Below, one piece after another: positions 60,224 through 64,000 of a stretch of DNA of 64,000 nt (the stretch's first letter is position 1; the number at the start of each line of letters is the position of its first letter). The translations under genes and the position numbers were made by a program. Location: the IMG/VR virus record IMGVR_UViG_3300048504_000529. One strand, written 5' to 3'. Under the pieces are notes generated by a model that did no database searches, was not told the DNA's origin, and worked only from the letters and a program-made list of their open reading frames with translations. Source of the stretch: an uncultured virus (IMG/VR IMGVR_UViG_3300048504_000529) (Duplodnaviria; Heunggongvirae; Uroviricota; Caudoviricetes).

Positions 60224-60907
60224 TCAAATATTGTTTTCATTGTTATAAATATTATATTTATTAATTCTTTCACGCAAAATTTTTCTTTTTGCAGAAGTTT
60301 GTGGAATGCGATTGCGATACTTTACATTAAAGTTTTTGTAACCTGTTTTAAGAATCATATATCCACTTTCACCAATAAACTTCTTAACAAGTTCCAAGTA
60401 AATAAAAGCAAACATTCTTCCGTGGGTTGTATAACTTTTATTGAAATTGACTACAAACGATAAACGATCAACTATGATATGTGCCAATTCATGTAAAATG
60501 ATTGGTACATTACACATATGGTGTGGAATGCTGATAAAATCTGCACCAAACGCATATGCCATATTTTGATTTGGATTTGCTTTTTCAATTTTAAGTTCCG
60601 TTTCCGAAAATAGTCTTCCAAACTTTTTGCGAAACCAAGTGTTGTTTACAACTTCTGACATTTTTTCAATTGCATCTTCGAATGTCATGGAATTTTCGTC
60701 ATGCCAAGGAATTAACGAATACTCAGCATTATACAATTTATTCATCTGAGAATCACGTGATCCGTTGTCGTAACGGTTTTTAAGCATTGACCATGTACTG
60801 TGTGATTTACTCCAAACGCAGTTATCGTATTTACTTTTATTAAAATGCAGTATAATACCCTTTCTGTAACTCTCAATTACAACTTTGGGTTTGTGTTTTT
60901 CTCTCAT
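60224..60907 (-). CDS. Zincin-like (SprT-like) metalloprotein
   Basis: ILHELAH plus downstream HG..F; promoter at 60917-60945. Confidence 0.7.
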   Translation of the reverse strand: MREKHKPKVVIESYRKGIILHFNKSKYDNCVWSKSHSTWSMLKNRYDNGSRDSQMNKLYNAEYSLIPWHDENSMTFEDAIEKMSEVVNNTWFRKKFGRLFSETELKIEKANPNQNMAYAFGADFISIPHHMCNVPIILHELAHIIVDRLSFVVNFNKSYTTHGRMFAFIYLELVKKFIGESGYMILKTGYKNFNVKYRNRIPQTSAKRKILRERINKYNIYNNENNI

Positions 60908-60946
60908 TATTCTTATACAATAGCAAATTTTGTATAAAAAGTCAAG

Positions 60947-62311
60947 TCAATAAACCTTCGCATATACCGATGCTTCAAACATTTCCGACAAACCTAACGA
61001 ATGAGCATATCCGTAAATTCCGGTGACAATCAAATCTTTTTCTTTGTCATTTTTAATAGCAGATGCGATTTGAAGTGCTTGTAATTTGGATGTAAGATAA
61101 TCTAATGCAACTGCATTGCTTTTAAAACCTTTTTCATTCAGTTCTCGTTCTAATGCAGTAACACCAGGTTTCAATGGAAAAACTTGACCATAATATTTGT
61201 TTATCTCTGACAAAATTTTATCTTTTTTCATTGATTTGATTTTATTATTATCATACAAATCACGATTTGTTAAAGATTTAATAATATGCCGTGTCGCACC
61301 AAATCCACATTTACCATTATTTGCAAATTTTCCTTTTAACTCGATTTGAACACTTTGACCTACTCCAAAGGTTCTTATTTGCATATTTAATCCTGCTACC
61401 GTTTCAATCACCACATCTTTTGAAGAAAATGGTGTTGCTTGTGGTTTAATACGACAGAACTTAAATGCTTGATTTTGCTTTTTAATATTATAAACTGAGT
61501 AATTCACAGATGCTCCTGCTTTTTTTAATGAAATTCCAACTATTTCTGCTTTCTTGAATCCTTCTAATAATACCTTATTTAAAGAAACAATGTCACTTGT
61601 CGCAGGAAGATCAGTTTTATTGCTAATCCAAATATCCGATGGATTCCATTTATCATTACTGATTCTAATTCCCAATTTATTAACTGGTTTCAAATGCTCT
61701 TGAAATTTTTTGTAAATGGAATTCATAAACACCGAGTCACGATGAAAGTGGTGTGATCGTGTGAGTTTGTTTCCTATTTTGGTTTTGATCTTTTCAGCAG
61801 TTAGTATCACGGAATTCAACCACTTTTCATCAGTTTTTAACCAGTTTAAAACTTTTCTTATTTCAGTTTTAGTATTACTTGAACCTAAATCTAAAACTTT
61901 ATCTACCGCATTTATTGTAGTTTCTTCATCTAAATTAAATTCACCGAGATGAACCAACGAAGCAAGTGCTATACAAACTGCACTTTCTGATAGTTTTGTA
62001 ATTTCTGCTCCGGCACCTGAACCCGAACCTTTTGAATAAGGAAGTTTATCAATTTGAGTAAATCTGTATCCAATATTTGTTTTAGAATCAACAAAAACAT
62101 TATTTACATTTTCTTTTAAATAAGAAATTACTTTGCCTGCATTTTTTGATGCTAATATTTTTTTGAGTGATTTAATGGAATTTGAATTATAGAATAAAAC
62201 AACATCCCCTCCATCAATTTTTATTTTATTTTTATTTTCAATATCACATATCAATCTATGTAAATAAGAAAATTCGTTTTTATCTACATCCGTATAACCA
62301 AATGAACCCAT
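60947..62311 (-). CDS. PD-(D/E)xK-type endonuclease-like phage protein
   Basis: ESAVC, DKWNPSDIW, GISLKK. Confidence 0.6.
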   Translation of the reverse strand: MGSFGYTDVDKNEFSYLHRLICDIENKNKIKIDGGDVVLFYNSNSIKSLKKILASKNAGKVISYLKENVNNVFVDSKTNIGYRFTQIDKLPYSKGSGSGAGAEITKLSESAVCIALASLVHLGEFNLDEETTINAVDKVLDLGSSNTKTEIRKVLNWLKTDEKWLNSVILTAEKIKTKIGNKLTRSHHFHRDSVFMNSIYKKFQEHLKPVNKLGIRISNDKWNPSDIWISNKTDLPATSDIVSLNKVLLEGFKKAEIVGISLKKAGASVNYSVYNIKKQNQAFKFCRIKPQATPFSSKDVVIETVAGLNMQIRTFGVGQSVQIELKGKFANNGKCGFGATRHIIKSLTNRDLYDNNKIKSMKKDKILSEINKYYGQVFPLKPGVTALERELNEKGFKSNAVALDYLTSKLQALQIASAIKNDKEKDLIVTGIYGYAHSLGLSEMFEASVYAKVY

Positions 62312-62721
62312 TATTTATTTTTCCAGTCTTCACCTTCATCTAAATCTTCATAATCATCTTCAAGTTCTTCTAGTAAATCGTAATCCATGTTACCGTACTT
62401 GTCCAAAACCTTACTTTCTTCCGCAGTAAAATGATTTAAATCGTGAAGATACAAATGTCCATCAAATGTTGGATACGTTTGTCTAAATTCTTTTTCAAAT
62501 CGTATAAACTTTTCTAATGTTAATGTATCATAAGGAAAATCAATACAGGCCTCAATTTCTTCTCCAAATTGACCACCAACAGAACCATCAAACTTGACCA
62601 CAAATTCAATCATTTCATCGACTCGTTTGTCTATTTCTTCATTTGATATTCCAACGAATCCAAATTCCATGCCACGTATCGTTATTCCGTGTTTGATTTT
62701 ATCTGAGTCGTTAATCTCCAT
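62311..62721 (-). CDS. Acidic hypothetical protein
   Basis: Start moved to ATG 62721 after TATTTAT. Confidence 0.6.
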   Translation of the reverse strand: MEINDSDKIKHGITIRGMEFGFVGISNEEIDKRVDEMIEFVVKFDGSVGGQFGEEIEACIDFPYDTLTLEKFIRFEKEFRQTYPTFDGHLYLHDLNHFTAEESKVLDKYGNMDYDLLEELEDDYEDLDEGEDWKNK

Positions 62722-62999
62722 ATATATAAATATGGAATTTAAAGAGAAACCCACTCATTTATTTTCTAATGCACAACTACATTTTTGTTTGCAAGATAGT
62801 TAATCAAACTGAAAAACAATTCAGACGAAGTATTCTTGATCTTCGTAACAAGTTGATAGTATATTATATAATCGCAGTTAATTCTCACAAATAAAAAATC
62901 CTATTCCACTCTAATTCACCAATTATACAATAAATTAAATTGATTGTAAGTAAACATCCATAAAGAATACTTGCCAAATATAAAAGGTTCTTTAGAAAA

Positions 63000-63242
63000 T
63001 TAATCAGCATCGATTTGTGCTTTCATTGCATCAATTGCATCTTCACGATCAAGTTCCGAAAATGTTCCAAATCCTTTACACCACGCACACCATGCAAATG
63101 CAGATGAAGAACCCTCATCATAATATGAATGAATAACATGACCATTATATTCTAGTTTTTCTTCGTCAGAGACTGCGTTTTCTTCGTCAAGATCGATTCC
63201 AGATTCTGATGCACATTCTTGTAAATGTTTATTGAAACTCAT
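63000..63242 (-). CDS. Hypothetical acidic protein
   Basis: 80-aa ORF in early operon. Confidence 0.6.
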   Translation of the reverse strand: MSFNKHLQECASESGIDLDEENAVSDEEKLEYNGHVIHSYYDEGSSSAFAWCAWCKGFGTFSELDREDAIDAMKAQIDAD

Positions 63243-63246
63243 AATA

Positions 63247-63483
63247 TTATATTGTTGCAGGTGACATTGAATTTGTAATGTCTCTTTGCAAAGACTTCAA
63301 GTCGTGTATGATATCATCAAGCACTTCTTCTGCTGATTGAATGCAGTATCCTTCTTTTCCGGCAAACTTCTTTGCTTCCCATCCATGAAACTTACTTGTG
63401 TTAATGGAATCTTTGGGATCAGCATAACGAATATTTTCGTTAACGATTTCTTTGATTTTGTTTCTAATTTCTGCTTCTCTCAT
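63247..63483 (-). CDS. Hypothetical early protein
   Basis: Behind promoter TTGACT-17-TAAGAT (63521-63549). Confidence 0.65.
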   Translation of the reverse strand: MREAEIRNKIKEIVNENIRYADPKDSINTSKFHGWEAKKFAGKEGYCIQSAEEVLDDIIHDLKSLQRDITNSMSPATI

Positions 63484-63561
63484 ATTTTTTTGTTTCTATT
63501 CTCTCACTTTCAATACAGTGATCTTATCACAATTATTATAAAAAGTCAACCTAAAAAATCA

Positions 63562-63729
63562 TTACTTGCTGAAATTCTTGATCATTCTATTTAAATTTCT
63601 CAATTCATTCAATAAAAACTCAGCACCATCATAATTTCCAACTGACCTCATTTCCTTGATATCACTTTTTACTTCAATTCTTCTTGCAATCTTTTCCGCA
63701 AGAATATCATTCTTATTTACTTCACTCAT
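63562..63729 (-). CDS. Hypothetical early protein
   Basis: Start moved to ATG 63729. Confidence 0.55.
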   Translation of the reverse strand: MSEVNKNDILAEKIARRIEVKSDIKEMRSVGNYDGAEFLLNELRNLNRMIKNFSK

Positions 63730-63754
63730 ATTTTTATTTTTAACGTTGTTAAAA

Positions 63755-63802
63755 CTCACTCTCAATACAAGTATACTACCAAGAATATTATAAAAAGTCA
63801 AG
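63755..63802 (-). promoter_or_regulatory. Repeated early promoter cassette
   Basis: TTGACT(63801-63796)-17-TAGTAT(63778-63773) plus CTTGTATTGAGAGTGAG. Confidence 0.85.
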
Positions 63803-63813
63803 CATTATTTTTG

Positions 63814-63999
63814 CTAATAAACAAGTTCTTTTAGTGTCTGCAAATCCAACTTACCTGTTGCAAGTACAGGTATTTCATTTACAATTTTATGTTTTTTGGG
63901 AACAAATAAATTACCAAGTTGCTTGGATAGTTCACTTCTTAAGTTGGTAAAGTTAATATTCTCGGTGGTGATTAAATACAATTCTTCACCTTTGCGATC
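63814..63999 (-). CDS. C-terminus of an AMP-binding enzyme (Aas/acyl-ACP synthetase-like), cut by the window edge
   Basis: Own translation DRKGEELYLITT...NLFVP...EIPVLATGKLDL...VY* (PxxxxGK, A10 motif). Confidence 0.75.
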   Translation of the reverse strand, partial: DRKGEELYLITTENINFTNLRSELSKQLGNLFVPKKHKIVNEIPVLATGKLDLQTLKELVY

Positions 64000-64000
64000 A

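Noticed and set aside
1..64000. Stop-codon reassignment
   Set aside because: Known enzymes are full length and coding density is high under the standard bacterial code
1..64000. Origin from a bacterial chromosome or eukaryotic giant virus
   Set aside because: Sigma70-type promoters, overlapping operons, many phage-type small ORFs and no housekeeping operons favour a phage, though no capsid or terminase gene lies in this window
1..64000. tRNA genes
   Set aside because: No T-loop/cloverleaf found by eye; tRNAscan-SE would be needed to exclude them

Overview
AT-rich, gene-dense segment of a large tailed (T4-superfamily-like or jumbo) phage genome, almost all coded on the minus strand; no rRNA, tRNA, CRISPR array, integrase or reverse transcriptase was recognised. 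From left to right: (1) a repeat-rich non-coding stretch (1-430); (2) a glycan-modification island (about 1-14 kb) with sulfotransferase-, glycosyltransferase-, methyltransferase-, WcbI- and alpha/beta-hydrolase-like genes, paralogues and gene remnants; (3) small early genes behind a repeated TTGACT-N17-TAGTAT promoter cassette (16-22, 36-44, 60-64 kb); (4) a cluster of proteins sharing an N-terminal MxKSxLKxxIREE leader, probably capsid-packaged internal proteins (23-30 kb); (5) modular proteins sharing an unnamed ~100-aa Cys-containing N-terminal domain with Pro/Thr linkers and enzyme cargo (30-35 kb); (6) a fibre/receptor-binding block (44-59 kb) with three tandem paralogues, a mucin-like protein and two collagen-like proteins. 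Host-type metabolic genes include a DfrA-like DHFR, plant-type ferredoxin, NagB, cyclophilin, an IspB-like prenyltransferase and a partial Aas-like AMP-binding enzyme. A candidate ~70-nt sRNA with an anti-Shine-Dalgarno seed and a candidate late promoter (TATTTAT) are also visible. All family assignments come from motif recognition by eye, not database searches.
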